Of a stretch of 64,000 nucleotides of DNA, positions 12,851 through 26,407 are shown piece by piece. Numbering within the stretch: the stretch's first letter is position 1; every line of letters starts with the position of its first letter. Made by a program: the position numbers and the translations under genes. The stretch is from assembly GCA_036172245.1 (NCBI GenBank), contig JAYWIR010000026.1, forward strand, positions 434,001-498,000, in the 5' to 3' direction. The notes beneath the pieces are model-generated. The model saw only the letters and a list, made by a program, of their open reading frames with translations. It made no database searches and was not told where the DNA came from. The DNA comes from Raillietiella orientalis. Taxonomy: Eukaryota.

Positions 12851-14749
12851 TTAAGATGAGTAGTAGTAGTAGTAGAGTTTCTCACACGCTCAGGGCATCG
12901 TGATTGTCATCGATCATTACCCCAAGGCAGAGCCTAAAACTTAGCTGATGCGCGGCGCGCTGAACGTTGCTGCAAGAGAGCCCTCTGGTGCGACCCACAG
13001 ATCGCTTCACGTTTCATTCAGGCTGCGGTGTTCGCCGAGGTCAGCGTCATGTGGGTGACGGAAGCAAGGATTTCGGCCCAGGAAATCGGGAACCTCGATC
13101 TGGACCATGAGCAGCGACCGCAAACCTGCACACCGACATCCATCGCTACGACGGCTGCTATTGCCACCGTCACGTTACCCTTCTGGGGTCAACATCATAC
13201 AAGCAGCCGAGATCGGTGGCTATGGCTACCGATCCAGAAGGGTAACGTGACGATCTTGTGCATAAACGGTTGCGCCGTGTCCTATAAAATGAAAATCATA
13301 CAACTTTAACAATTTTTCTTAAACATTTTACTTTGTTAATGAATCACAATTATCTTTACAAATATTTTTTTTATAAGTTATTTGCACGTTCACACGTGTT
13401 GAGCACGCATGACTTTTTTGCAGCCGGTGCACCTTCCCCTTCCTTCCCGGCTGGCGGCACGTGGGCGCACTCCGCAGCGCCGGAGGACGGTTAAAGTTTC
13501 CTGTGGAACATCTCGGATCCTCGGATCTTCATTTAGTACAGATAAAATCGAATTTTGCAAAGAACGACGCAATTTTTTTTGCGTTGTGACCGGCGTCCCG
13601 CATGAGGTGCCCCACAGGCTGCTGTACCCTAAACTTTGAAGGAACATTTCTCTCGAAATTCAGCTTTTTCCCATCCCAGTCAGTCTAACATCCCATTAAA
13701 AGACTCGCAAAGGCCATCCACATCACTTCCATCAGATTCCGAATTTCTGTCATCTAAATCCTGGTCTTCTTCAGATGAGAACTCTTGCAAATCAGTTTCC
13801 CCTCTTTCCTAGCGTCCAATCAACCCTTCCAGTCCATTCTGCGCGGAAATTCCATCATGAGAGGCCACGGGTGCAAATTTTTCCACGTAACGTAAAAAAG
13901 GTGACGTGGCGTCGTGCACGGCGCGATCGGGCGCGAAACGAAACGAAACCAACCGATGGGCACGCAATGGCGACCGCGGGCATACGGAAGGCTTGGCGGC
14001 AGGTCGCTGTTGCGGCATGCTCGCAGCGATGACCACGGCAGAGAGTCTGCACCTTTTGGTTCCTGCGCGGCGTATATGGCGCCGCGTTACCCTTCTGGGG
14101 TTGATTCAGGGGAGTCGCAGCATCTGTACCGCTGCTTTCGAGCCATCTGAAAGCGCAGTTCAGTTCTCTGAAAGGAACGTCCGGCGAAGCGGAACTCGCA
14201 ACTGATTGAGAAGCTGCTGCGAGGAAACTCCGCCCGCAAACACCAACCGCTCTGACGGTTCCGTCAGGAGGAAAGGAAGGCGGCAGCGAATCGCAGTCTT
14301 TCCAGTTTCTCCTCTCCGCGTTTTGCTTGGATTGCACGCCATCATCTCGCCAGCTCCATCTTCGCCGTGCGCAGGTCGCTCGCCAGAAGAGGGTCCTTCA
14401 GTTGAGCGTGTCCCCCGTTCCAGGGGGATGGAGGGGCACGCACGTCTCAGTAGAAAAAGGGAAAGTTCCCGACGTTCCTCGCTCCGAGTCGGGAATCGAG
14501 GACTTTCGCAGCCTCTCCCGTTTCCAGCTGGCCTCGCAGCGAATGCTCCGCTGTCCCTCGTTCTCACGGACCGCGGCTGCACATCGAATTCTTCGCCTTC
14601 CGGCGAAGAACGATCGGTTTCACGGGATCGCCTCCACACGTCGTGTTGTTACTCATCACGTGCGGGCTGAAGTCTTCATCTACCCCGCTGGCTTCTTGGC
14701 TCAGGCTCGCCTTGCGGCGCGTTTCACTCTCGAACTCCATGGTGATAAA

Positions 14750-14970
14750 AGATCGGATGAATCCCGCGAAGTCTTCAGGATGGCGAAGGCACGGGGAGGT
14801 AGCGCAGGTGGCAAACAGAGGATGCCGCAAGAAATTTGGGATGCTTGACGAACTCGCGCCAAGGTTCCGCCAGAGGCAGGCAGACGCAGCAACCGGACCA
14901 GTGAACTATGAAGACCACTTGGCGCTCTTCAGAAGCAGCTTCCAGACCTGCAGCGGCTTGGCCGCTTGAA
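14750..14970 (+). mobile_element. Possible hAT transposase C-terminal dimerisation-domain relic
   Basis: KFGMLDELAPRF...AATGPVNYE loosely resembles FPxLxxLAxxxLxxPATSxxxER. Confidence 0.2.
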
Positions 14971-15454
14971 GTGCTTCGCCTTGCAGCGAGTGCGGATCGA
15001 AGCTTCAAGTCCGTCAACACGTCAGCTGCCTCGGACAGACCTTGGAAGCACCCTCAAGGGATCCAAGAAAGTGTGCACACACAAAAATCACGAGGTTTCC
15101 AGAGTCCGGTCGCCGGAAATCTCGGAACGTTGGCAAAGATTTGACATTCCATCTTCAGAGCGGCACCAAAGAACTTCAGAACGTAAGAATTCTATGCAAA
15201 CGAAGTTGATCAGCAGCATTTGTTCTGCGTACAAACAAACGAATCCAAGAAATCACGACATTCCTGCACTGCCTATCGGCAATGTTCTGCGATCCATGGA
15301 CACCTCTGCGAACACTGCCGAGATCCATCAGCAAAACCACTCTAAATTCTCCATTGAAGACAGGCAAGCTCCAAGAACGGTAGCGCCACCAAATCTCATC
15401 CCAGGGAAACTCCCTATCTTCGGATTTCATTCCTTGTCCCATTTTAACCCATCG

Positions 15455-17281
15455 TCCCGTTTCTTTTCCCTCCCACCCGTCATGCGCCAACCTCCCAACT
15501 GCTCCTCTTCACTCTCCAGGTTGGACTCGCACTGCTTCTTCAACTTGGAGTCGCCTCGTCTCACGGCCGTACCGTAGAGGTTCATCTCCCGTGTCCACGA
15601 CCACCAGCAGGCAGCTTTCCCCCACTTGGCCTCCGGGAATCACTTCCGACGGAAGCAAAGAACTCATTTCCCTGGAGCACCAAGACCGGGGAAGTTCTCA
15701 GCCCCGCACCCTTTCTTCGCTTTCCTCCTCCTTTTTTTTTTTTTTGTGTGTGTGTGTGTGTGTTTCCGTTCGTGCTTCCTCCTATTTTCCATCTCCGTGT
15801 GTTCACGGTCAGCATTACGTACCTTCGCTTCCAAAAAATACAGCGGATTGGCGCTCAGAATCCCATTGAGTTCCAGAGTTTCCTCTATTTTCGTTGATCT
15901 TCGAGATGATCTTCGCTGCCTGGAAGAATCGCGCAGAAAACCGGATGTCCAGCAGCGACTCGGAGCGACCCGGAGATGTGCCCCAATGCACGCTGACCAA
16001 ATTCCCAACTGCTTCGGAGTAGAAACAAATTGTGCTTAGCAACTTTTGCGGCGAAGAAACATCTCTTGGATGAAAGAGAAATCGGTCCGATGGAACCGAA
16101 TACTGTTCTTCACCTTTCTAGCTAAGCTTCATCATCTCTCGTTGCTACTCCAACACCTCACTCCCCGCCGTCTTCTCTCCGCTGCTGGGGTCGCCCGTGG
16201 CACGCGGGAGTTCTCGGGAGCACGCGGGTCGCCTCGTGTCGCGATACGCGTGCCGCCCGCACGCCAACTGACCCATCCGTTTCCCGAGAGCCACCTTTGC
16301 AAGAGCAAAATGGACCAAAAAGAATTGCAAGCACAGCGCATGCGGCTTTCACGTGACTCACGCGCGAAAAGAAAGCGCGCGTCGCCTCGTCCGCACGCGG
16401 AAGTGCGGCGCATCCTTCCTCCGTTTCATCTCCGATCATCCGGCGTTGCTCCGCTCCTGCTCGGCATCCGGTTTGCGCGAGCCGACGGTTCCGGAATCTT
16501 CGACGGTCAGCCGATTCCTTCCCTCTTCACGTGTGCGGCGCGTCGCAGAGCAGAAAATCTTCCACGCCGGAAGGAAGACTTGGCAGACGCCACTCCGCGG
16601 TCCGCGAGAAATTCCGCCATTCGCCTCGCCCGCATCCCCTATCCTCCGACGGCACTGGGACTCGGCTGCTCCTACCTCGGCAGCAGCAGGCGAATCCAGG
16701 CAGGCAGGGAGTGGGCGACTTTCGGTCCCATCAGTGAGGCGCCGCTCCGGAAGTCCAAGAGGAAGTCGGATTGAGTTGCCGAAACGGCGAAATCCCCCCG
16801 AAATGGACCCCGCAAAAAGGACAACAACGGAGGTCTGAGGAATCGGACAGCTGGAACTACGCCGCGTGCCGGCGAAATTTCCGCCAGACGCGCCGAGGTC
16901 GGTCCACGTGTGCCGCTGATGTGTGCCAGTCCATCCGAGGTCAGAGTCAGCCGCAGGTCTGACGTCAAGCGGAGCGTGCACGTGACCGTGAATGGGGCAG
17001 CGCACACCTCTTCTGCTTTGCTGCTTCCAATTCTTGAAGAAGCAAGAAAGGCTGTAGGTGCATTGCCGATGCGCCATCCCATCTGAAGTCAGAGACGCAG
17101 TCTGAGGTCAACCGTGGTCAAAGAAGAAGAGGGAGAAAGGCTGTCGGCGCATCGCCTGGTCTTGGAGTCGAAATGGAATTGCCTGATTCCCTGCTCGAAC
17201 CGCAAATTGATATCCGTGCGTTCGGGAGTCTTCAAAGTACCTTTATTCTGGGATCCTCCTCGCTCCCCACGGGGAGGAGCA
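15455..17281 (+). repeat. Left arm of a 1,827-bp inverted repeat
   Basis: Reverse complement of 18393-20219; all mirrored ORFs have identical translations and a constant coordinate sum of 35674. Confidence 0.97.
16500..17050 (-). mobile_element. Decayed Gypsy integrase fragment inside the inverted-repeat arm (mirror copy at about 18624-19174, plus strand)
   Basis: HVHAPL...WTDLG, LGLPERRLTDG (FGxPxxIxTDxG) and GEANGGISR (ANGxxER) in ORF 16436-17077. Confidence 0.5.
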
Positions 17282-18392
17282 GCCATCGAAATGCTTCTTT
17301 TCCAGGAAAGGAGCCGCAGGTGTTCTTGGAGGATTTGGCTCAAGTTCTTCGTTTGTTCCGAATGATTGCTCGCTGAAATCTCGGAAACCGCCACTCCACT
17401 AACAAAGAGGGGGGAGCTATCTGTTCATTCCGCATCTTCTCAGCTGCGCACTTCAAATCCTCCGGAACAAAAGTGAAAGTAGAGAGGGAGAAGATGCTTA
17501 TGAAACAGCCCGAACGCTAAACACATTAGGATTTCATTCTTAGAGGATGATTTTGTTTTCCTCTGAGAAATCCATGCTAACTGAATCAGTATGCGGTCTA
17601 CGAGTGATTGAGAACCTGAAGGTTGTTCCTCAGTAGGATGAAGTAGACGGAGAAGTTGTTACTACGTCGAAAAGGGAAAAAAAACTGCGAAAATATGCTT
17701 CTGGGTGCAGGAAAGATCACTGATGACAATCTGATGCACGGCAGCTCGATCGGGTGAAAAATCGGGGCAAAGGTTACCGGGCGCAAGCATCCCGCATGAG
17801 GTTTTATCTTCGTATATTTTACAACCACCCTTCCTTGACCAATTAACAGTTTATAATGACGGATCCGGTGCCCCTCTTCATCCAACCAGACTGTGCAAAG
17901 ACCGTGTGCTGCAATTTTCCACGGAATCTGCATCCTCGGTTTCCCTTCCACGGCGTGGATGAGTGATGGGCGCACGCTGTGTGGTGGAAGCAGAATCAAA
18001 AGCTTCAGCATTTTACACCCACACACGACACGAAAGCACACCCACACGATCTTCCTGCATCTCAGCTGTCCCCTCGCTCGCACAGGAGTGCATTCAAAGA
18101 AGCAGCCAGCAACTGTATCAGAGATCGGCAAAAAGTTCCTTTCACTCACCCCGTCAATTTACTCGGAACGAAGGCTCGATACCTTTCTTTCCTTTTTTGT
18201 AATCCAATCTTGGGCTATGAAATATTGCGAGATTTGCAGATAGTGAGCTCCAAATTCACGGGTATCTTTAGGCGTCACACACACACAAAAAAATCCTGAG
18301 CGAGTGCTCGAAAGACGACGATAACGGCCGCCTTTTTCCAGGCACACACAATCACCAGGACGCAGGCAGCAAGGGGACACCGAGCAGCGAGG

Positions 18393-20219
18393 TGCTCCTC
18401 CCCGTGGGGAGCGAGGAGGATCCCAGAATAAAGGTACTTTGAAGACTCCCGAACGCACGGATATCAATTTGCGGTTCGAGCAGGGAATCAGGCAATTCCA
18501 TTTCGACTCCAAGACCAGGCGATGCGCCGACAGCCTTTCTCCCTCTTCTTCTTTGACCACGGTTGACCTCAGACTGCGTCTCTGACTTCAGATGGGATGG
18601 CGCATCGGCAATGCACCTACAGCCTTTCTTGCTTCTTCAAGAATTGGAAGCAGCAAAGCAGAAGAGGTGTGCGCTGCCCCATTCACGGTCACGTGCACGC
18701 TCCGCTTGACGTCAGACCTGCGGCTGACTCTGACCTCGGATGGACTGGCACACATCAGCGGCACACGTGGACCGACCTCGGCGCGTCTGGCGGAAATTTC
18801 GCCGGCACGCGGCGTAGTTCCAGCTGTCCGATTCCTCAGACCTCCGTTGTTGTCCTTTTTGCGGGGTCCATTTCGGGGGGATTTCGCCGTTTCGGCAACT
18901 CAATCCGACTTCCTCTTGGACTTCCGGAGCGGCGCCTCACTGATGGGACCGAAAGTCGCCCACTCCCTGCCTGCCTGGATTCGCCTGCTGCTGCCGAGGT
19001 AGGAGCAGCCGAGTCCCAGTGCCGTCGGAGGATAGGGGATGCGGGCGAGGCGAATGGCGGAATTTCTCGCGGACCGCGGAGTGGCGTCTGCCAAGTCTTC
19101 CTTCCGGCGTGGAAGATTTTCTGCTCTGCGACGCGCCGCACACGTGAAGAGGGAAGGAATCGGCTGACCGTCGAAGATTCCGGAACCGTCGGCTCGCGCA
19201 AACCGGATGCCGAGCAGGAGCGGAGCAACGCCGGATGATCGGAGATGAAACGGAGGAAGGATGCGCCGCACTTCCGCGTGCGGACGAGGCGACGCGCGCT
19301 TTCTTTTCGCGCGTGAGTCACGTGAAAGCCGCATGCGCTGTGCTTGCAATTCTTTTTGGTCCATTTTGCTCTTGCAAAGGTGGCTCTCGGGAAACGGATG
19401 GGTCAGTTGGCGTGCGGGCGGCACGCGTATCGCGACACGAGGCGACCCGCGTGCTCCCGAGAACTCCCGCGTGCCACGGGCGACCCCAGCAGCGGAGAGA
19501 AGACGGCGGGGAGTGAGGTGTTGGAGTAGCAACGAGAGATGATGAAGCTTAGCTAGAAAGGTGAAGAACAGTATTCGGTTCCATCGGACCGATTTCTCTT
19601 TCATCCAAGAGATGTTTCTTCGCCGCAAAAGTTGCTAAGCACAATTTGTTTCTACTCCGAAGCAGTTGGGAATTTGGTCAGCGTGCATTGGGGCACATCT
19701 CCGGGTCGCTCCGAGTCGCTGCTGGACATCCGGTTTTCTGCGCGATTCTTCCAGGCAGCGAAGATCATCTCGAAGATCAACGAAAATAGAGGAAACTCTG
19801 GAACTCAATGGGATTCTGAGCGCCAATCCGCTGTATTTTTTGGAAGCGAAGGTACGTAATGCTGACCGTGAACACACGGAGATGGAAAATAGGAGGAAGC
19901 ACGAACGGAAACACACACACACACACACAAAAAAAAAAAAAAGGAGGAGGAAAGCGAAGAAAGGGTGCGGGGCTGAGAACTTCCCCGGTCTTGGTGCTCC
20001 AGGGAAATGAGTTCTTTGCTTCCGTCGGAAGTGATTCCCGGAGGCCAAGTGGGGGAAAGCTGCCTGCTGGTGGTCGTGGACACGGGAGATGAACCTCTAC
20101 GGTACGGCCGTGAGACGAGGCGACTCCAAGTTGAAGAAGCAGTGCGAGTCCAACCTGGAGAGTGAAGAGGAGCAGTTGGGAGGTTGGCGCATGACGGGTG
20201 GGAGGGAAAAGAAACGGGA
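18393..20219 (-). repeat. Right arm of the 1,827-bp inverted repeat
   Basis: As for the left arm; the T14 tract (15732-15745) and A14 tract (19929-19942) match in length. Confidence 0.97.
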
Positions 20220-20484
20220 AGATATGTAATGATTACTGGATGATGGGAATGTGCTAATGCAGCGTTTCCCGGACTATGTTCCGCGGAAGTCTGGTGTTCC
20301 GCGGATAGTCAGTGAGTGTTCCGTGCAAAATTACGAAAACGAATGTATTTGCAATGCTGCGGCATGCTAAAAGGTGTTTGCAACTCGGGCGCTCCTCAGC
20401 TGGCGCGTCCGCTTTCTCATATTGCGCCTCAGAGGAATTGAAAAGACTCCAAAACATCGAAGTCATTAGGAACGTTACTTGACG

Positions 20485-20682
20485 TCAGTTTAGTTTACTG
20501 TTTTGATGTGTTTTGTTTTACATAAGCAGAATTTGTTTGGTGTTGTCTTATATTTACTTGCTGAATTTATTTATTGTTGGCATTTCCCTACCCTATTAAA
20601 TAACCAAGGTGCCCTGCTTTAAATTTCAATTTGGATTTGTGAAGTGTCCCGTCTCAGGAAAGGTTTTGGAAACGCTGTACTC
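20485..20682 (-). repeat. Diverged AT-rich repeat, inverted partner of 26408-26625
   Basis: Reverse complement gacgggacacttcacaaatccaaattgaaatttaaagc...caagtaaatataa...caaaacacat aligns with gacgggacacttcgcaaacccaaaccgaaatttcaagc...caagtaaatataa...caaaacacat. Confidence 0.8.
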
Positions 20683-20699
20683 ATGAATGGCCAGAAGAT

Positions 20700-21300
20700 G
20701 AAAGAATACAGATATCGGAACATTGGGACCGCGAGATCAAAGTGGTTGCCATAGGGAATGCAAGTGCTAAATTGAGATGGCGTTCCTTGCGGTTAATGAT
20801 CGTAGGATCTGATCCTTGCCGTTTCCCAAATAAAGGACCATCTTTCATTCATCAGGAAAGTTCATCAGGAAGTGGCTCATCCATCCGTATCCAAGTGAAT
20901 GTCTTCTGCTGACCGTACTGTCGGCAAAGATGCACTGGACGATGGCATGGAGCTGTCTCTATGGAAAAAGACTGCGGCGTACGGCGATCAAGCAGCAAGT
21001 GATAGAGGTATCAAATTTTCGGAACTTACCACTGAAAGATAACGCAAGAATACGTTAAGATCGATCAGCGTGTGAAAATTCGTTGCCATGGACTCCTGCG
21101 AAGCTCTTAGGCGGGATCGCACGCAACCCCCACTGCGGGCAGGAAACCCCAATTCGAAGGTGGACATCTTCGGATCCGCACGGCCAACTCGAGAGAAATC
21201 TGTAAGCTCTGCAAGCAGGAAACCCCGCGCGACGACGTACCTCAGGCATCTCAAGAGGCGTTTGAAAAGTTCCATTTGCAGCATCTTTGCAACCCGCCAT
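20700..21300 (-). mobile_element. Possible piggyBac-like transposase relic
   Basis: MELFKRLLRCLRY (RFxxLLRCLRF-like) and downstream DE*KMVLYLG (DExMVPYxG-like). Confidence 0.3.
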
Positions 21301-21499
21301 GCTGGGCTGTGGAAACGCCTTAGGAGTTCTAATGATGACTTTCGAATTTCCCTGGATACGTTTCAATCCAGGCATTCTTATTTTTTCAAAATGGCGGTAG
21401 ACAACAGCAGTCTCTTTGGTTTTTCCGCTGCTTACAGGATTTAATTTCGTTTCTTCTTCTTCACCCTTTGGCTCCGTCCCGGTGCTTTACTACCGCCCG

Positions 21500-23150
21500 C
21501 ATTTCGGAAGGAGGATACTCTGTGAAATCCGATGCCGGTGAAAAAAATGCCTGTATCCCAGGCTATCACGGGCGCGCGAATCATCATCTGCCTCTTTTTC
21601 AAAAAAAGAAAAAAGAAGCGGCGTATCGGTAAGCGAGAACGCAAGCGAGACGAAGTCCACCCGCAGTCCTTCGGCCATTTTCAAGAGCGGAATTCCCGCC
21701 CGGAATGTTCGGGGCTGTTGAGGCGACTCTGGGAGTTTGGAATGGCCGTTCGGGTTTCTTCTCCGTTTCCCGGAAGCTCCTCGTTTTGCTTGGGAAAAGC
21801 TGCTTAGCCGAACGTCGTCGAAGAAGTTTCTTGCGAGTGCTTCCCCCCTTTGCCGTGATTTTCGAAGAATCTGAGAATCCGAGGCGGAAGCAGTGGTGCT
21901 GTTCATCACTTTGTCTTCCTTCCTTCGAATCGGTCCAGGTGGGTGTTCACCGGCAGCACATCGTCTCTTTCTCTCTCTCTCTCTTTTTTAATAGTAATGA
22001 TTCTATTACTGATGTTTTCCTGCCCAACAGACAGTTCGATTCTGCACTTTTTTTTCTTGCTATCCATTGCGCTACGTACCGGCCGTGACGTCCAGAGCAA
22101 CTTTTTCACCTCCACAGGAACCAGAAGCGACCTTTGCAAGCCGGCTGGGCGATACGACACTTTCTCCCGCCAAGCAGTCATCCTCATATCATGCCGTGAT
22201 GTGAGCAGTCGGTTCGCTCCTGGAAATCCGAAAGATAAAGATCGGGATCGCTGTTCATTACGCACTTCCCCTCTCCTGCAGGTTGATTCCTCTTTGACCG
22301 AGCGCACTCTGCTGGTTCTATAATCATCGTCTTTGTTGGTAGAGGTCGAGACTGTCCCGAGGCTTATTAGTCCTCAAGCTAAAACGAATAACGAAAGGTT
22401 CGCTTTTCCTCTTGCTTTGTTTTCAGAAAAGGAAGAAGAAAACAGCTCTCTTCTTGCGGGAGCGAGGTTTCTTCTTGGTAAAATGGATCCACCGGGTGTA
22501 ATCGATTTACCGAAGGAGAGTGCAGCCACAGTCTGCACTTACCCTCGTTCGTGGCTTCCAGTTCGGGGCGAAGATCAAGCTCCGAGGTATGCAGCCAAAA
22601 ACCGGATGCTGTTGGAAAGAACTTCCTGATCTTCTGAACTTGCAAGGTTGCGTACTTCCAGGTACGGCACTGCATCTCCAGCCCGAACGGGCAAAGCTGT
22701 GGCTGAACGGCCACACGCGTGGGCGAGCTGCGCGGGCGCTCGCCGACGGAACCTTCTCGACATCTCCGTCTTCCCTTCTTTGAAAAGTTTGCTCTCCTGA
22801 AGGCTGGCGGCCGATCAATGCCTCGCTCCTGGAGAGTTCTAATCTTCCATTTCCATTCTTCCATTTTTGCTTGCTTTTCTGCTGGCCGAGGGAGCAGCAG
22901 GATCGTGGCAAGGCGGAAAACCGTGCTCCCGTCATTCCCAGCCCTGCGTTGCAAGGGCTTCCGTTTTCCCCCGTTTGCGGTCCAGCGAATGAGAGGCGGT
23001 CCCGTTTGTCGTGATGGTCGTGATGGTGACTTCCGAAGTGAGAGTGTGGTCGGCAGACTCGCGGAGCCACTCGCTTCAACATCTCCATAAAATGACCTCC
23101 TCCCGTCTTTTTTCCGCTCGGGTGACCCGTAAGAGGCGCATGAAACTCGA
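21500..23150 (-). mobile_element. Decayed Ty3/Gypsy RT-RNase H
   Basis: Motifs in order: KIRTLQERGIDRP (LLxxGIIRPS), KFFPTASGFW (DLxSGFWQ), KVSYRP...VPVEVKK, then FSLTDTPLLFSFFEKEA...HFF (SRxLTxxExxYSxxEKEA). Confidence 0.55.
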
Positions 23151-24356
23151 TCACGTTCGGAAGCGATGATTTTGTTGACTTTGCAAAGCGCTTTAGGCTG
23201 GAAACCAAGAGCTTCGCACGCAGAAATGAAGGTTTCCGCCTCGTTACATCGCGCCGAGATGTTTCCCTCCTTCTAGGTTATGGGATTCGCGCCGTTTTGA
23301 CAACTTCATGACCATTCCTCATCGTGTCCTCGTGCCACGAGAAGCCATCGTTCCTGATCTTCATTTGTGCTCGCGTCGTACGTGAAACTTTGCGGTTTAC
23401 TTTCCTTCGTACGTTTGCGAGGAATCAGCGACGATTCGTTCTTCATCCTCAGCATCTGCAACAGTAGTTTGGGAACACGAAGCCGCTGCTTCCACGTTCG
23501 TTTTTGTTTTTCGTCTTTTCTGTTTGCAATGTACAGTTGGTTATCGTAGGTGTGCTGCAGCCTCAGTGGGTGCGTCATAACCTCCTGGAAAGCAGATTCC
23601 CATCGCTTGCTGTAAACGGGAAGCGTCCTGTGCGTAGCAGTGGAGTCGTCGTATGGACCGTGTTCTCAATGAGCCTTTAGGAGAGGGACGACCGGATCAG
23701 TGTCCTCGTTTTTCAACATAATGTTCGCCCCCTTTCCCCTTACCAAGACGCTGATCTCGAATCAGCGTAACACGAAGGCTTCCGATAATCGTGCATGCTG
23801 CTGCACGAAGATATGCGAAGACTGCGTGCCAGAAAAATGCCGGAAGATCCAATCATTATCGTTTGGACTCGCTGAAAAGGTGAGACTACTCCTCTCTCCC
23901 TCAAAGAAAAAAAAAAAAAAAAAAAACGACTGAAATTCTTGCTTTTCGTAGTTCATCCCTGCTCTTTTTCCCTTCTCTCCATGAACGCCAATCAAACGGC
24001 TCCAGCAGCCAATGAAGATGCGAAGAGTTCAGCACTTTAGAAGAGCAGCCTTGTCGCACCGGCACGTGCAAAGTGCCTTGGAAAAGAGAGGATTCGTGCC
24101 ACGGAGGAAGAGTTCAAGCAACGTCAACAGCAGTTTGAAGAACCGTCGTCCGTGAGATCCTTCGAATTTTTCCCGAAGGAAGATGAACTGATGGATTTGT
24201 TCCCAAGAGGCTAGGAGCATGCTGGAGCGCCGCCTTCGGCGTCAACGAGCACAAAGATCTACCGAATACGTCCAAGCGAGCCGCGTATACTGACTCGTCG
24301 AGTCTTGCGTGTTCTCCGTACTGCACTGTCAAGGATACGCGCACACAGATGCGTCC

Positions 24357-24925
24357 CAGCGGCGGTCAGCCTGCGGCGAGAGAGGCTGCTCCCGACATGC
24401 AGCACTGCCATCCGAACGAGCCCGATAGAGGCGACCCGAAGGAATCGAAGGATCGGTTCGAGAGGAGGAATCGCCCTTTGGCGATCCCGGACACGACAAG
24501 CTGCACGGAATGCGCACGTGTCGAGCCGTGTCGATCGCTTCTGTAAAGCGGCACGCGCGTTCGCTGCACACGGCGGACACCGACCACTCTTCTTCATCGG
24601 AGGCGTCCTCCGGACGCGGCGACAGGGAAACGCACGTGACCGCACCTTCGCGCGGAGGCACGCATTGGCGAGCGAGCGCACGTTTTGGTGACGGAATGCG
24701 TGCTCGCTTGGGCCGGCTCCGACCTTTCCTTCGGACGATCCGTCCGAAGGAAACGTCACCGAGCCCAATGATGATGACACCCGTGGGATGTCTTGCGGCT
24801 GCCAACAGGTCGCCTGTCGGCGCATCCGCCGCTCCGAAGGGCCGCACGTGAAGGAAACATCGCCCTCCGATGTGCCTCTGCAGTTGCACGGTTTTGCCTG
24901 ATGGCACTCCTGGATTTCGCGAGGC
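24357..24925 (+). repeat. Dispersed repeat B, copy 1 (569 bp)
   Basis: Near-identical direct copy at 62470-63048. Confidence 0.95.
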
Positions 24926-25089
24926 ACGTCGCCGTGGAAACGAAACAAAAACGCCGTCCCGCGGAACCTTGCGGAGGAGAAGCCGTGATAAGATGGCGAC
25001 AAACGGAAAGGCTTGAGCGCGCGCTTATTGGAGCACGAGAGTGAGACAACAATGGAGGTGGGGAGCGGCAGCATTGTTGGCACTTCCGA

Positions 25090-25490
25090 TTCGCGACCCG
25101 CGCACACAAAACGATTGTTTGCCGCCGATCTACCCTCTTGCCCATGAGGCTGGTCCCTCAATTCCAACAAGCTAAACCGAGTGTGCGTGCGCTCCCTGCC
25201 TACTTGCGATCCTACGCCACCCACTAGGAGCAACGCAGAGAGGGGACCTCCTCGTTCTTCGCTTCCGGGAAGGGACTCCGCGTCTCGCCTGCACGCAGGC
25301 CACTGAGACTCGCCTGGAAGTTGTTTGCATGACGTTGCGACCGACTAGCAAAGACCGCATCATCGACGAGTTTCATCATCAGGAACGACTCGATCTCTGA
25401 TCTGGGCGGTGGCTCGACGACTTCGCAAAGCAACGGGCCAAAGGAATGCTGCCCAGAGTCCATGGATAGCGAAGCCGTCGGTCAGTTTTC
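25090..25490 (-). mobile_element. Decayed Penelope-like element RT (C-terminal motifs)
   Basis: KLTDGFA / SFGPLL...KLVDDAVF...ANNF..SLSGL...EAKNEEVPSL / VGRERTHT resembles QxDGxAMGSxLGP...RYVDD...ExExNxxLPFLD...VYRKPTHT. Confidence 0.55.
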
Positions 25491-25879
25491 CAACGGTTTG
25501 CACTGCTTCAATAAGATGAGATTGATTTTCACTTCAGTGCAGGAACTCCGTGGAGTCTGAAGCTCAGGAACTTTCATGAGGCTTTCCGTGGCTGCGTTTG
25601 TTGGAACGCAGAGCTCACTCTAAAAGAGTGTTCACGGGATGTGACCATGCATCTCATACGTCCAAGTGTTTCAAGTCTATTTCATTGCTGTTTATTTGCT
25701 CATCGGTCAAGTTCTTTCGCGGGGTGCGATCGTCGCTACAAAAGTTGCTGCCGCGTGCATCGAAGCAGTGATGCTTCTGTCTCCATGAATGCTTCTGCAT
25801 CTGTGGTGTAGGCATCCGGGTTTAGGGATGCACTCGTGCTATTGACCCATTCCTTATTTGGTTCCTGTGTTTTGGATGC

Positions 25880-26400
25880 TGCGGGTCCAAGTTGCACTGG
25901 GACTTCCATAGGCAGATTGGGCCCCCCATCTTTATGCGCAAGCGGGTGGTACTTCCGTGATAATCGCGCAGAGTGTTTCGAAATGTTGCCAAGCGCAGCC
26001 GAGTCTTCTTCTGCTCGTTACCCTGTCCGCACGCGGCGTCATCCCGTTGCGATCTGCGGCTCCCGGCACGCCCTTCCGGAACGGAACGTCCTTTGAGACA
26101 CCTCGAGCATTCTTTGGCCGGCGGCTGTGCGCGTGTGGCGACTGATCCCGCCTTCGTCGAAGTACCCATCGAAGTGTTGGAAACTTTGACGTGCAGGAAA
26201 GCAGCGGCCTTTCCGATGCGGAGGACGTTGTCACGGAGACGGTTCCGAGTGGGGACCATCCCGTGCGGCGTGCTGGCGGAGAGGCACCAGCTCGACGTGT
26301 GCAAACACGGCAGTCGCCCGCTCTAGGGTTCGCACGGGATGGAGTGATTCCCCCCCCTGACACTTTCATTCCGTGGTGGCCCCGGGCACACGGCAGCGCG
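25880..26400 (-). mobile_element. Decayed Gypsy integrase (HHCC zinc finger plus core)
   Basis: RGHHGMK...CRVC, LSCTSKFP and FRKGVPGAADRNG (FxxxGxPxxxxSDNG) in ORF 25932-26459. Confidence 0.5.
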
Positions 26401-26407
26401 TTCTCCA

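Noticed and set aside
24259..25233. 324-aa minus-strand ORF
   Set aside because: Chance fusion across a Penelope-like relic and repeat B; not preserved in copy 2
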